Position numbers and translations under genes: made by a program | Assembly (NCBI GenBank): GCA_030445745.1 | Contig: JASUTE010000004.1 | Coordinates: 88,173 to 152,172 of the forward strand | Direction: 5' to 3' | Length of the DNA: 64,000 nucleotides | From: Candidatus Cloacimonadota bacterium | Lineage (GTDB): Bacteria; Cloacimonadota; Cloacimonadia; Cloacimonadales; TCS61 | In this document: positions 54,645 to 64,000 of the stretch, piece after piece | Numbering within the stretch: the stretch's first letter is position 1 | Layout of the letters: each line of letters opens with the position of its first letter | Notes under the pieces: model-generated | Told to the model about the DNA's origin: nothing | Seen by the model: only the letters and a program-made list of their open reading frames with translations | Database searches by the model: none

Positions 54645-55406
54645 TTGGAAATATATTCTTGGAATGTAAACGGTTTAAGGGCTGCCGTTAGGAAAAATTT
54701 TCTGGAATTTATAGAAGATGAAGATCCTGATATCTTGGCAATTCAAGAAACTAAATTACAAGAAGAACAAATTCCTGAGGAAGTAAAGAATCTCTCTCAG
54801 TATCACCAATATTGGAATTTTGCAGAAAAAAGGGGTTATTCTGGTGTAGCTGTATTTACCAAGCAGAAACCTGAAAAAGTGGAATACACAATTGGGGATG
54901 CAGATTATGATGCAGAAGGTAGACTGCTGATTCTCTACTTTTCCGATTTTGTACTGTTAAACTGCTATTTTCCCAATGGAAAGATGAGCGAGGAACGGCT
55001 GCAGTATAAATTGAATTATTATGATAAGATGTTCAACTTAATGCAAAAGTTGCGCAAAGCAGGACACAATGTAGTGGTTTGTGGCGATTACAATACTGCC
55101 CATAAAGAGATAGATTTGGCTAATCCCGAGCGTAATAAAGATATTTCAGGTTTTTTGCCTATAGAAAGAAAGTGGCTGGACAAATTAGTCAATAACGATT
55201 GGGTTGATACATTTCGTCAATTCAACCAACAACCAGGGCAGTATTCTTGGTGGACATACCGGTTTGGAGCTCGCAAGCGCAATGCCGGTTGGCGGATAGA
55301 CTATTTTTTTGTGAACAAAGATTTTATGAATAGGGTGAAAGACGCCTTTATAAGGCAAGACATAATGGGCAGCGACCATTGCCCGATAGGAGTGGAGTTA
55401 GGATGA
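54645..55406 (+). CDS. xth: exodeoxyribonuclease III
   Basis: TTG start. SWNVNGLRA, QETK, GDYNTAH and SDHCP motifs. 253 aa. Confidence 0.92.
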   Translation: MEIYSWNVNGLRAAVRKNFLEFIEDEDPDILAIQETKLQEEQIPEEVKNLSQYHQYWNFAEKRGYSGVAVFTKQKPEKVEYTIGDADYDAEGRLLILYFSDFVLLNCYFPNGKMSEERLQYKLNYYDKMFNLMQKLRKAGHNVVVCGDYNTAHKEIDLANPERNKDISGFLPIERKWLDKLVNNDWVDTFRQFNQQPGQYSWWTYRFGARKRNAGWRIDYFFVNKDFMNRVKDAFIRQDIMGSDHCPIGVELG

Positions 55407-56581
55407 AGAATAGAATAGGTTTTCTAGAATTGTTATTATATGTAACAAAGCATAAAAAGTTAGTTATCTCTACCGTTCTGTTGGCGTCAATATTGGCAGT
55501 TACCTATAGCTTGTTGGCACCTAAATATTGGAGTTCTAAAGCAACTTTTTTCCCTGCTGAAACGTCTAGTATGATTTCTTTTGGTGAAATTTCTAAAATT
55601 AGGGAATCATTATTTACTGGTAGTATGCAACCTGCAAGTTCAGAGTTAACAATGATAATGGAAAGTGATACGTTTAGCGAAAAAGTCATTAAGCATTTTA
55701 ACTTAGTTGAAAGGCTGGAAATTACCGGAAGAGATTCTTTGGAAATTAGAGAAAAGGCAATTAAAAAATTGATGCAGGATATTGTAAATTTTTCTATAGA
55801 TGAAGAGACGGGGTTGATCGTTGTTAGTGTAATGACTAAAGATAAATATCTTTCTGCCGAAATTGCAAATTATTATACCCAATTAATAAATCAATATAAT
55901 AAAAAAACAAGAAAAACTAAAGGACGTAGGACAAGAAAATTTATTGAACAGCGTTTAACAGAAGTAGAAAATAAAATTGATTCTCTTTCTATTGCTATTA
56001 AAAATTTCCAAGAAAAAACCAATTTAATCGACTTAGAAACTCAAGTGAAGAAATCAGTAGAACTATATTCTGAATTAATTTCCAAAAAGATGATTGCTCA
56101 AATAGAATATAATATTAAAGAATCATACCTTGACATCGATTCTTTCAATTTGCAAAAGTTGAAAAAGCAAATATCGGAATATGACAAACTGATAAATAGT
56201 TTGGAAGGTATTCAGAAGAATAAGGATTTCCAATATATAATCAAATTAAAGAATGTACCGAAGAATGCCCTAAAATTAGGTAATTTGAAAATGGAACTGA
56301 AAATTCAGCAAACTGTATATGAATTCTTATATCCACAATATGAAAGTGCAAGAATTGATGAATTAAGAGATTCCGAATCCATTGTAATTTTAGATGAAGC
56401 ACGTCCAGCAGGTAAACGTACTAAACCACGAAGAGCCATCATTTGCATTACTACATTTATCATTGCCTTATTAGCCAGTATCATCCTCAGCATTTTAATT
56501 GAAATTTCTAAAGAATATCTTAAAGATGAAGAAGAACAAAAGTTAATTACTAACATAAAGTCTAATTTATTTCACAAGTAA
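55403..56581 (+). CDS. polysaccharide chain-length determinant (Wzz/PCP family) protein
   Basis: ATGA overlap with xth (start MKNRIGFLELL). It has an N-terminal TM helix, a long coiled-coil periplasmic region and a C-terminal TM helix preceded by PAGKRTKPRR, which is the PCP architecture. Confidence 0.7.
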   Translation: MKNRIGFLELLLYVTKHKKLVISTVLLASILAVTYSLLAPKYWSSKATFFPAETSSMISFGEISKIRESLFTGSMQPASSELTMIMESDTFSEKVIKHFNLVERLEITGRDSLEIREKAIKKLMQDIVNFSIDEETGLIVVSVMTKDKYLSAEIANYYTQLINQYNKKTRKTKGRRTRKFIEQRLTEVENKIDSLSIAIKNFQEKTNLIDLETQVKKSVELYSELISKKMIAQIEYNIKESYLDIDSFNLQKLKKQISEYDKLINSLEGIQKNKDFQYIIKLKNVPKNALKLGNLKMELKIQQTVYEFLYPQYESARIDELRDSESIVILDEARPAGKRTKPRRAIICITTFIIALLASIILSILIEISKEYLKDEEEQKLITNIKSNLFHK

Positions 56582-57922
56582 ATGAAAAAAACTTTAATAA
56601 TTGCGCTTCTTTTAGCCACTATTTCGCTAGGTTTGGCTTTAGATTTTAGATATATAACCCTGTTATTAATTCCAGCAGTTATCATTTTCTTGCCTAAATC
56701 TATATTTGATAGACGTTATATGTTTTTTTTTATTTTGTCAATATTTGCTATATTACCCCAGTTAGAGAGGTATTCTGTGCTTCCTGTCATTACCAGTTCA
56801 ATGGCTTCTGTTATTTTACTGATAATGCTGTTTTATAGTTGCAATAACATTAGGCTTTCTAATTCCTATAATATTTTTTTCTTAATTTTAATAGCATTAA
56901 TAGCATTTCAAACTTTCAGGGGATATTTTTTAGGATATAAATTCTATTATCTTTTCTCTGAAGCTATAAAATATTTATATTACCCAATAGGCTTTTTCTT
57001 TACTATGAGTATGTTTAAAGATGATGACAAAGATGAAAGTATAATAAAAAATTTTTTACTTTTTTTTCTAGTTTCAGGTATCATCATTAGCATACAAATA
57101 CTTTTCTATCACTTTAACGTTACTAGGGGAGAACGAGTTTTAACGCGCCAAGCAAACCTATTATTAATGTCAATAGTTGTTGCTATTATATATTTTTTTG
57201 CTTATGCGAGAGATATAAAAGAAAAAATAATGATTTCTATTTTACTTATGTTATATATTTTATCAGTGATATTATTTATGCAACGTTCTTTGTGGGGGGG
57301 GATTATAGTAGCCTTATTGTCTTTGATGTTCTGTTTACAAAAGAAGATTATTAAAAGCAATAAAGAGGCAATAATCATAGTTTTAATAATTGCTTTATTA
57401 CTAGCAGTTGTTATAAATATTTATCAGTCAATTAGCTTTAACTCAGATGTCATGTCAACCAGAACAGATGTGCTTGAAAGTGGTACAAAATCTTTTAGTT
57501 TAGGTGTACGTCTTTTATCTTTTGCCCGGATTTTCCAGAAGATAAAAAATCATCCTATTATTGGTTCAGGATTTGGAGATTCATTAGTGACTCCATATTT
57601 AAACAGTAGAGAAGTTGGGTTTGTAGATAATAGCTTTATTGTAATTCTTTGGAAAAGTGGAATACTAGGATTTATGATTTTTTGTGTTATTTTTATCCGG
57701 TTTTTCTTTCAATTATTCAAAATTATAAATCATTCAAAAAATAAACATTATATATTATTTGCAATATTTTCACTGTCTACAATTGTTGGACAAATGGTAA
57801 ACGGGCTTGCTTGCGTTATTATGATTTTGTATCACTTTAATATATATTGGGCAGCAATTATAGCTATTACTGACTATATTTACAGGAGGGAATTTTACAC
57901 ACAAAATGAAAAAACTCATTAG
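56582..57922 (+). CDS. O-antigen polymerase/ligase-like (Wzy-type) polytopic membrane protein
   Basis: 446 aa with more than 10 TM helices and a large loop carrying the R...G.GFG pattern typical of the Wzy_C/O-antigen ligase family. Sits inside a wzx/wzz locus. Confidence 0.6.
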   Translation: MKKTLIIALLLATISLGLALDFRYITLLLIPAVIIFLPKSIFDRRYMFFFILSIFAILPQLERYSVLPVITSSMASVILLIMLFYSCNNIRLSNSYNIFFLILIALIAFQTFRGYFLGYKFYYLFSEAIKYLYYPIGFFFTMSMFKDDDKDESIIKNFLLFFLVSGIIISIQILFYHFNVTRGERVLTRQANLLLMSIVVAIIYFFAYARDIKEKIMISILLMLYILSVILFMQRSLWGGIIVALLSLMFCLQKKIIKSNKEAIIIVLIIALLLAVVINIYQSISFNSDVMSTRTDVLESGTKSFSLGVRLLSFARIFQKIKNHPIIGSGFGDSLVTPYLNSREVGFVDNSFIVILWKSGILGFMIFCVIFIRFFFQLFKIINHSKNKHYILFAIFSLSTIVGQMVNGLACVIMILYHFNIYWAAIIAITDYIYRREFYTQNEKTH

Positions 57923-59333
57923 TTCAAGCATATGGAATTTTTCAGCTAATTCGATAATAAGAGTATTAAGCTTGATTACTTATCCTATTATAGTTAGAAA
58001 TTTTAATAAGAGTGATATCTCATATTTCAAAGCTTTCCAGTCTCTTATTATGATTTTAATTGCTGTAATTCCTTTGGGAACGAAACAACTATTTATAAGT
58101 GCTCCCAAAAATTTAAAAGAAGAAAGGTGGAAAGTAACTTTTCTAATTACAATTAGTGTATCCTTACTTTTGATACTAATAATTAATATTAATAATAGCT
58201 GGATTATGAATATTTTGGGCACCCAGTATTCTTTTATTAATAGTAATATACTTACTTTGATAATTTTATTAGCAAGTTTAAAAACGCTTTTTATTACATT
58301 ATTGACTAGCAAGATTGATTTTAAGACAATTTCTATAGCGCTTATCATTAAACAATTATGTTTTTATTCGGCAGTTATTGTAATTGCATTTTGTAAAAAA
58401 ATACCAGGTATATTAATTTATTTGGTTATTATGGCTGAAATATTGGAAGTAGTGATATTGGCCTTGAAAATCTATTCAAAGCGAATTCGTTTCTTACCAA
58501 AAAAGAAAGTAAACTTTTTCCTTGATAAGGTTGCTGTTAAGTATATTAGTTTTATTGGGTCAGAACAAATTTTTAACGTTTTAGCTCTTCATTTCCCTTC
58601 AATCTTTGTTATTTTTCTGATGGGCAGCAAACTCGCCCCTGAATTCCAGTTACCTTTTTATGCGATCAATATTCCTGCCAGCTTAATTATGATGTCCGTT
58701 GCTAAAGTTTTGTTCCCTTATAATTCAGAATATCGAGAAAACTCTATGATGCGTAAAACATATCGTACTGTTATTTTTGCTTTAACTTTTATCATGGTTC
58801 CAGTTCTTATTTCCATATTTATATTAAATAAAGAAATTGTGTCAATTTTGTTTCAACCCGATTGGATCTATGCTATGCAAGCGGTTCGGATATTCCCAAT
58901 AATGATTTTTGTAAATGTTATTTCAAACCCATTTTCTACTATTCCGAACATAAAAGAAAAACCTCAAATTATGTTCATTTATTCTCTTGTACTCTTCGCG
59001 TTAAGAATGAGTGCTTTGTATTTTGGGTATACTATTTTTGGGTTTATAGGAGCGGTTGTAGCCTTTACCATAGCTGATGCTGTAGTACGCTTAATGAAAC
59101 TTAAAATAGATCTGCAGCTGATCGAGTACAAAATATTAGATTTTTTAAATAACATAAAACTAAATTTATTTGCGGGAGGGATCTATCTAATCAGCTTTTT
59201 CATACTAAAACTGGTTTTGCCTAAATATATTGCTCTATCAGCAAGTTTATTATTTTGCCTTGTTTTTATTGTTCTTACTCAGAAGCAAAGAATAATTAAT
59301 TTGTTACATAAAGTGAAAATGGAGCGAAAGTGA
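57906..59333 (+). CDS. MOP-superfamily polysaccharide flippase (Wzx-like)
   Basis: 475 aa with about 12-14 TM helices. The N-terminal pattern SSIWNFSANSIIRVLSLITYPIIVRNF is typical of polysaccharide biosynthesis (Wzx) proteins. Confidence 0.7.
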   Translation: MKKLISSSIWNFSANSIIRVLSLITYPIIVRNFNKSDISYFKAFQSLIMILIAVIPLGTKQLFISAPKNLKEERWKVTFLITISVSLLLILIININNSWIMNILGTQYSFINSNILTLIILLASLKTLFITLLTSKIDFKTISIALIIKQLCFYSAVIVIAFCKKIPGILIYLVIMAEILEVVILALKIYSKRIRFLPKKKVNFFLDKVAVKYISFIGSEQIFNVLALHFPSIFVIFLMGSKLAPEFQLPFYAINIPASLIMMSVAKVLFPYNSEYRENSMMRKTYRTVIFALTFIMVPVLISIFILNKEIVSILFQPDWIYAMQAVRIFPIMIFVNVISNPFSTIPNIKEKPQIMFIYSLVLFALRMSALYFGYTIFGFIGAVVAFTIADAVVRLMKLKIDLQLIEYKILDFLNNIKLNLFAGGIYLISFFILKLVLPKYIALSASLLFCLVFIVLTQKQRIINLLHKVKMERK

Positions 59334-60490
59334 AAAAAATAGTTTATATGGTTGTCCTGAATAATGTAATTTATGATGCACGTGTTTTAAGAGAAGCCAA
59401 AGCATTATCAAGGAAATATGAAGTTCAAATACTGGGAATTAAGCAAAGTGAAACCGATTTAACTAACCACAAGGTTTCTGGAATAAATATACATTTGTTT
59501 CACCTTTTAACAAAAAATATATTGCCCAAGAACAACCTCGGATGGAGTATAAAATATCTCGAATTTATAATAAAAGCTAACTTGTATTTAGTTTTTAAGA
59601 AGTTAGATTTTTTACATGCCCATAACTTAAATGCACTCTTACCAATATATTTTTTAGGTAGAATTAAAAAGGCAAAAATTATTTATGATTCTCATGAGCT
59701 CTTTACAGAAATGTCTGGCAAAAAAAATACTTTAATAAATAGATTATGGTTTAGAATAGAAAAATTTTTATTAAATAGGGTTAATATAGTAATTGCTGCC
59801 AATAAATCTCGGGCCGATATAATGTACAAGGAATATGGCGCTAAAAAAATACCTGAAGTTATTTTAAACATTCCTAGGAAACAACAAAAAATAGTTCAAT
59901 ATAATAAACTATTTAAATATCTAGAAGAAAATAATATCAGTACTGATAATAAAATTGTAATATATCAGGGCGGAATCTCTAAAGCTAGAAATATTGATGT
60001 TCTGATAAAATCAGTGAAATTTTGGCAACCTGGAAGCCTACTCTTTTTAATAGGACCTATTTTAAGTTCGGAGAAAAATGAGCTGGAACAATTAATCAAT
60101 CAGGAAGCAAGAGTTATTTATCATTCACCGGTAAATTCAGAGGTTTTACCACAATACACCAAATTTGCTGATGTTGGTATAGTTATATATGCTAACGATT
60201 GTAGAAATAACTATTATTGTGCTCCTAATAAATTATATGAATATATTTTTTCTAGTATACCGGTATGTGGCAGTAATTTACCAGAAATTAAAAAGGTAAT
60301 ATCAAAGTACAAAGTAGGCGAGATCTTTGAGGATTCCAACCCAAAATCTATTGCTAGAGCTATTAATAAAATTTTATCTAATTATGAAAACTATAATAAG
60401 AAAGAAATATACACAAAAATTATTGAAGAAGTAAATTGGGAAAAACAGGCTGAAAAACTGTTAAATATTTATAAAAGAATAACTGGCTGA
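59330..60490 (+). CDS. glycosyltransferase (GT4-like, GT-B fold)
   Basis: 386 aa. The C-terminal half follows the GT4 pattern (IVIYQGGIS..RNID...PNKLYEY), including the E-x7-E-like region. Confidence 0.7.
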   Translation: MKKIVYMVVLNNVIYDARVLREAKALSRKYEVQILGIKQSETDLTNHKVSGINIHLFHLLTKNILPKNNLGWSIKYLEFIIKANLYLVFKKLDFLHAHNLNALLPIYFLGRIKKAKIIYDSHELFTEMSGKKNTLINRLWFRIEKFLLNRVNIVIAANKSRADIMYKEYGAKKIPEVILNIPRKQQKIVQYNKLFKYLEENNISTDNKIVIYQGGISKARNIDVLIKSVKFWQPGSLLFLIGPILSSEKNELEQLINQEARVIYHSPVNSEVLPQYTKFADVGIVIYANDCRNNYYCAPNKLYEYIFSSIPVCGSNLPEIKKVISKYKVGEIFEDSNPKSIARAINKILSNYENYNKKEIYTKIIEEVNWEKQAEKLLNIYKRITG

Positions 60491-60495
60491 AGAAT

Positions 60496-61587
60496 ATGAA
60501 AAAAGTGTTTATATTTACTAGTGTTCATAAATGGGATGATATAAGGATATTCAAAAAAGAAGCAACTTCATTAGCTAAAAATTTTGATGTAGAACTACAT
60601 GCTCCTGCTAATTTTGAGTTTAAAGAGAAAAATAATGTTAAAATCTACGGCTTGCCAGTTTGGGAAAAAAGGATTGATAGAAAGCAAACTAGGAAAATTT
60701 TATGGTCCAGAATTAAGCAAAGCAACGCTGATATTTTTCATTTTCATGACCCTGAATTATTATTTCATGGGTTTTTTATTAAGTTATTTAAACGAAAAAA
60801 AGTGATTTTTGACATTCATGAGAATGTTGCATGGCAAATTCTTAATAAAACATATATTCCAACTAGAATTTTAAGAAAAATTATTTCAAGCTTATATTCA
60901 TATATTCAGAAAATTTCCTGTAGTTTTTTTGATGTAAATATAGTAGCAGGTGATGGTATTTTAAAGAATTATTCTAAGAGAGAGGTCATAAACAATTATC
61001 CGATCTTGAAGGCCATTAAACCAGCTACAAGCAAGGATTTCTCATATTTGGCTTACCTGGGTGGCATAACACGAATTAGAGGAATTGTTGAAAGTTTGCA
61101 AGCAATTAGAATGGTAAATATGAAACGAGATAATAAAATTAAACTAATTCTAATTGGTCCTTTCGAAGATGAGAATCTTAAATATGAGTTATTAACTGAG
61201 TATAAAGAAGAAGTGGAATATTTAGGTATTTTAGATCAAGTATCAGCATTTGATAAAATAAAAAAATGTTTTGCCGGATTTGCTTTATATCAACCGGTAC
61301 CTAACCACTATAATTTACGTTCCAATAAGGTGTTTGAGTATCTTGCTTTAAAAATTCCGGTAATTTATCCTAATTATAAAGATTGGATAAAAAAGTTGGG
61401 TGATGGTAAGGTTGGATATGCAGTGGATCCAAAAAGAATCAGTGAAATCAGTTCTAAAATAGAATTATTATTAAATGATAAAGATGGTTATAGAAAAATA
61501 TTGAATAATACAAGAACTCTTGTAGATTCCAACTTTAGTTGGGATAGTGAAGAAAAGAAACTGTTACACATTTACAGAAAATTATAG
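60496..61587 (+). CDS. glycosyltransferase (GT-B fold, GT4-like)
   Basis: 363 aa with N-terminal FHFHDPEL and a C-terminal LAYLGGITRIRG...NKVFEYLALKIPVI pattern. Confidence 0.65.
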   Translation: MKKVFIFTSVHKWDDIRIFKKEATSLAKNFDVELHAPANFEFKEKNNVKIYGLPVWEKRIDRKQTRKILWSRIKQSNADIFHFHDPELLFHGFFIKLFKRKKVIFDIHENVAWQILNKTYIPTRILRKIISSLYSYIQKISCSFFDVNIVAGDGILKNYSKREVINNYPILKAIKPATSKDFSYLAYLGGITRIRGIVESLQAIRMVNMKRDNKIKLILIGPFEDENLKYELLTEYKEEVEYLGILDQVSAFDKIKKCFAGFALYQPVPNHYNLRSNKVFEYLALKIPVIYPNYKDWIKKLGDGKVGYAVDPKRISEISSKIELLLNDKDGYRKILNNTRTLVDSNFSWDSEEKKLLHIYRKL

Positions 61588-61589
61588 AG

Positions 61590-63491
61590 ATGAAAAAGAA
61601 TATAATAATTTCGATTATAACATTAATAATTGTTGTGTTTTTAATTCTAGCACCAACAATATACAGAGAGAATCAAATAAAATCTTTTGAAATAAAACTG
61701 AATGATTATTGCGATTATTTTTTTTATCTAAAAACACAGAAGCGAGATAAACACAGAGCTTTACAGATAGCAAACAATTCCTTAGGAAATAAATTTGAAT
61801 TTCAAATCAAAACTTCCGATTATCCTTTATTAGAAGTAGAAAAACCACAAGAATTGTGGACCAAGAATAATTTTTATAATAATACCCATGAATTTTATGG
61901 ACATTCATTGATAATTTTGTGGGATTTAATTTTAGCTCATCAGCAAACGGGTAATGCAGACTACCTTTTAAAAGGAGAAGAACTTATAACGTCTTGGATT
62001 AACAATAATGAACGATTTGATCCTCTGAATCAACGCTATGCCTGGGAAGATCATTCAACTGCTAAAAGAATAATAGCTATATTGTTATTTTCCGATTATG
62101 CAAAACAATATATACAATTTAATAAGAAATTTTTTACTAATATAACTAAACTGACTAATTATTCAGCTGAATTTCTCAACAGTGATCAAAATTATTCTTT
62201 TAATCATAATCACGGGATATATCAGGATATTGCTCTTTTAACCATAGCACTACATTGTCAAAATATGAAAATATCTGACCAACTGATTAAAAGGGCTAAT
62301 TCCCGCTTTGAGAAACAAGTTTTGGCTACATTTTCTCTTAATGGCTTTCATTTAGAGAATTCTCCAGGTTATCATTTTGTTACTACCGATAGATGTAACG
62401 ATTTTAAGAGACTATATAAACTAACAGATTATAGCTTAGGTAGTAGAATAGAAAATATTATAAAAAAGGCGAATAGGAACAGAAAGCTATTTGTTATGCC
62501 AAATAATAAAATACTTAACTTTGGTGATACAAATAGTGAGGAGATAGTTCCTGAATACGAGGCAGATTCTTTATTGGTTTTCGACCAGCAAGCTGGCTAT
62601 TTTATTTTTAAATATGACTACAACTATTTAGCAGTTAAAACCAGCAGTGTATTGCAAACACATAGACATTATGATGACATGTCATTTATAATATTTATAG
62701 ATGGTGAACAGTTAACATATGATCCTGGCTTTCTAACCTATGCCAAAACTGAAACAAAATATTATTCTAAGAGTATGCAAGCTCATAATACAATTATTCC
62801 AAAAGAAAAATTAGGTGATTATAATTTTGATTATAACTCCAATTTTGTAAAATATTTTGTGAACGACGAGTTTTTGCTAGTAGCCATAAAAACCAAAAAT
62901 GAAAATATTTACCGAAATATTATCTTCGATTATTCTAATATGTTATGTATTATAGAAGACGAAATTAAACAAAATGGAGATTTTTGTCAGATTATTAATT
63001 ATAATAATAACTCTAAATTTAGATTGTACCTATCAGAAAGAGGAAAATTTTATCATGGCTCCAATAAGCCTAAACTCGGTTGGAAAGCACTTCCCTTACA
63101 AAAATTAGTAGCAGCTGATACTTATATAAACTGTGGAAAAGATAGTTTATTATTCAGCTTTAGCAAAAATAAAATAATCAAAATTATATCAGATGAAGGT
63201 TCTTATATCATTAAAACAAACAAGGATAAAATAAAATTGAATTTAGATATAAAATATAAAGATTTTCCCGCAAAAAAAGTTCCCCCAAAAATTGGTCATA
63301 TCTCCAAAACCAGATTAAGCTATTATCGTAGGAATCAATTATTATTTATTAATATTTTTATTACTATATTTGTGATTTTATTAAATATTATCTGTAAAAG
63401 AATTAAACCTGGGTTAAGGAAATTTTTATTGACACCGCTATTTATTCAGCTATTTTTAATATTTATTTTGTATTGGAAATATATTAACTAA
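61590..63491 (+). CDS. heparinase II/III-like (alginate-lyase-fold) protein with N- and C-terminal membrane anchors
   Basis: Motifs WEDHSTAKR, NHGIYQDIALL, GFHLENSPGYHF and HRHYDDMSFIIFIDGE are typical of the heparinase II/III-like family. There are hydrophobic helices at residues ~5-25 and two near the C-terminus. Confidence 0.7.
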   Translation: MKKNIIISIITLIIVVFLILAPTIYRENQIKSFEIKLNDYCDYFFYLKTQKRDKHRALQIANNSLGNKFEFQIKTSDYPLLEVEKPQELWTKNNFYNNTHEFYGHSLIILWDLILAHQQTGNADYLLKGEELITSWINNNERFDPLNQRYAWEDHSTAKRIIAILLFSDYAKQYIQFNKKFFTNITKLTNYSAEFLNSDQNYSFNHNHGIYQDIALLTIALHCQNMKISDQLIKRANSRFEKQVLATFSLNGFHLENSPGYHFVTTDRCNDFKRLYKLTDYSLGSRIENIIKKANRNRKLFVMPNNKILNFGDTNSEEIVPEYEADSLLVFDQQAGYFIFKYDYNYLAVKTSSVLQTHRHYDDMSFIIFIDGEQLTYDPGFLTYAKTETKYYSKSMQAHNTIIPKEKLGDYNFDYNSNFVKYFVNDEFLLVAIKTKNENIYRNIIFDYSNMLCIIEDEIKQNGDFCQIINYNNNSKFRLYLSERGKFYHGSNKPKLGWKALPLQKLVAADTYINCGKDSLLFSFSKNKIIKIISDEGSYIIKTNKDKIKLNLDIKYKDFPAKKVPPKIGHISKTRLSYYRRNQLLFINIFITIFVILLNIICKRIKPGLRKFLLTPLFIQLFLIFILYWKYIN

Positions 63492-63504
63492 AGTGTGGGG
63501 GATT

Positions 63505-64000
63505 ATGAAAATTATGTATATTAGCCAATATTTTTACCCAGAAGTCTGTGCTCCAGTTAATCGAGCACATTCGAATGCCAAGCTGTTAAGCGAAATGGGG
63601 CATGATATCACCGTTGTAAGTGAGATCCCGAACCATCCAAAGGGAATTGTATTTCCGGAATACAAAAACAAAATCTATCAATCGGATAATCAGCTTGGGT
63701 TTAAAACTGTTAGGCTCTGGGTTTTTACCAGTAAGAAGAAAAATTTTATTACCAGGCTTCTTTTTTACTTCAGCTTCTTATTCTCTGCTTTAATCTATTC
63801 TCTTTTTAATTTCCGAAAATACGATATAATATATATTAGTTCTCCTCCTTTATTTGTTGCCCTTATCGGAATAATTATCAAGAAGATTGAACCTAAGAAG
63901 AAAGTTGTTTTTGAAGTTAGAGATCTGTGGCCAGATAGTGCAATACAATTAGGTGAATTAAAAAATAAAGTGCTGGTTAAGTTTAGTTTCTTTTTGGAAA
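63505..64000 (+). CDS. GT4 glycosyltransferase (WbuB/WcaI-like), 5' part, open at window end
   Basis: Not in the ORF track because it runs off the window. My translation from the ATG at 63505 gives MKIMYISQYFYPEVCAPVNRAHSNAKLLSEMGHDITVVSEIPNHPKG...FEVRDLWPDSAIQLG, the classic WbuB/WcaI N-terminus. GGGGGA RBS upstream. Confidence 0.75.
   Translation, partial: MKIMYISQYFYPEVCAPVNRAHSNAKLLSEMGHDITVVSEIPNHPKGIVFPEYKNKIYQSDNQLGFKTVRLWVFTSKKKNFITRLLFYFSFLFSALIYSLFNFRKYDIIYISSPPLFVALIGIIIKKIEPKKKVVFEVRDLWPDSAIQLGELKNKVLVKFSFFLE

Overview
A 64-kb chromosomal window of low-GC bacterial DNA with very tight gene packing. It holds about 65 CDS, one tRNA-Leu(CAA) and one IS256-family transposase remnant. 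I saw no rRNA, CRISPR array or prophage. Several secreted proteins end in T9SS-type (por_secre_tail / FlgD-Ig-like) C-terminal sorting domains, a PorV-like outer-membrane protein is present, and amino-acid catabolism genes occur (hutH, split gcvPA/gcvPB). Together these suggest an anaerobic FCB-superphylum organism, possibly Cloacimonadota-like; that placement is inference only. Housekeeping content includes kdsB (partial), hisC, phnDCE-like ABC transporter, ktrB, gcvPA/PB, recG, znuABC, truA, hutH, rlpA, psuG, DAHP synthase, ppx, bamA-like, ispG and xth. The most unusual region is a seven-gene operon at 16914-21461. It encodes five ferredoxin (2x[4Fe-4S]-motif) modules that all carry Sec or lipoprotein signal peptides, one of them also with a T9SS sorting domain. 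The operon also has a NapH-like membrane polyferredoxin and an outer-membrane beta-barrel, and it sits directly upstream of fur-feoB-feoA-feoC, which carries three copies of an 18-nt Fur-box-like palindrome. I propose this as a candidate Fe-S-based, non-cytochrome trans-envelope electron conduit or ferric reductase system. Other points of interest: a PorV-like / M6 metalloprotease / three-paralog envelope module (36739-43116); a GH57-like T9SS cargo gene split by a 1-nt homopolymer frameshift (50476-54041); a secreted serpin with predicted P1 Lys; an NYN-cold-shock-domain fusion; and an AT-rich Wzx/Wzy polysaccharide locus starting next to the IS remnant (55403 to window end).
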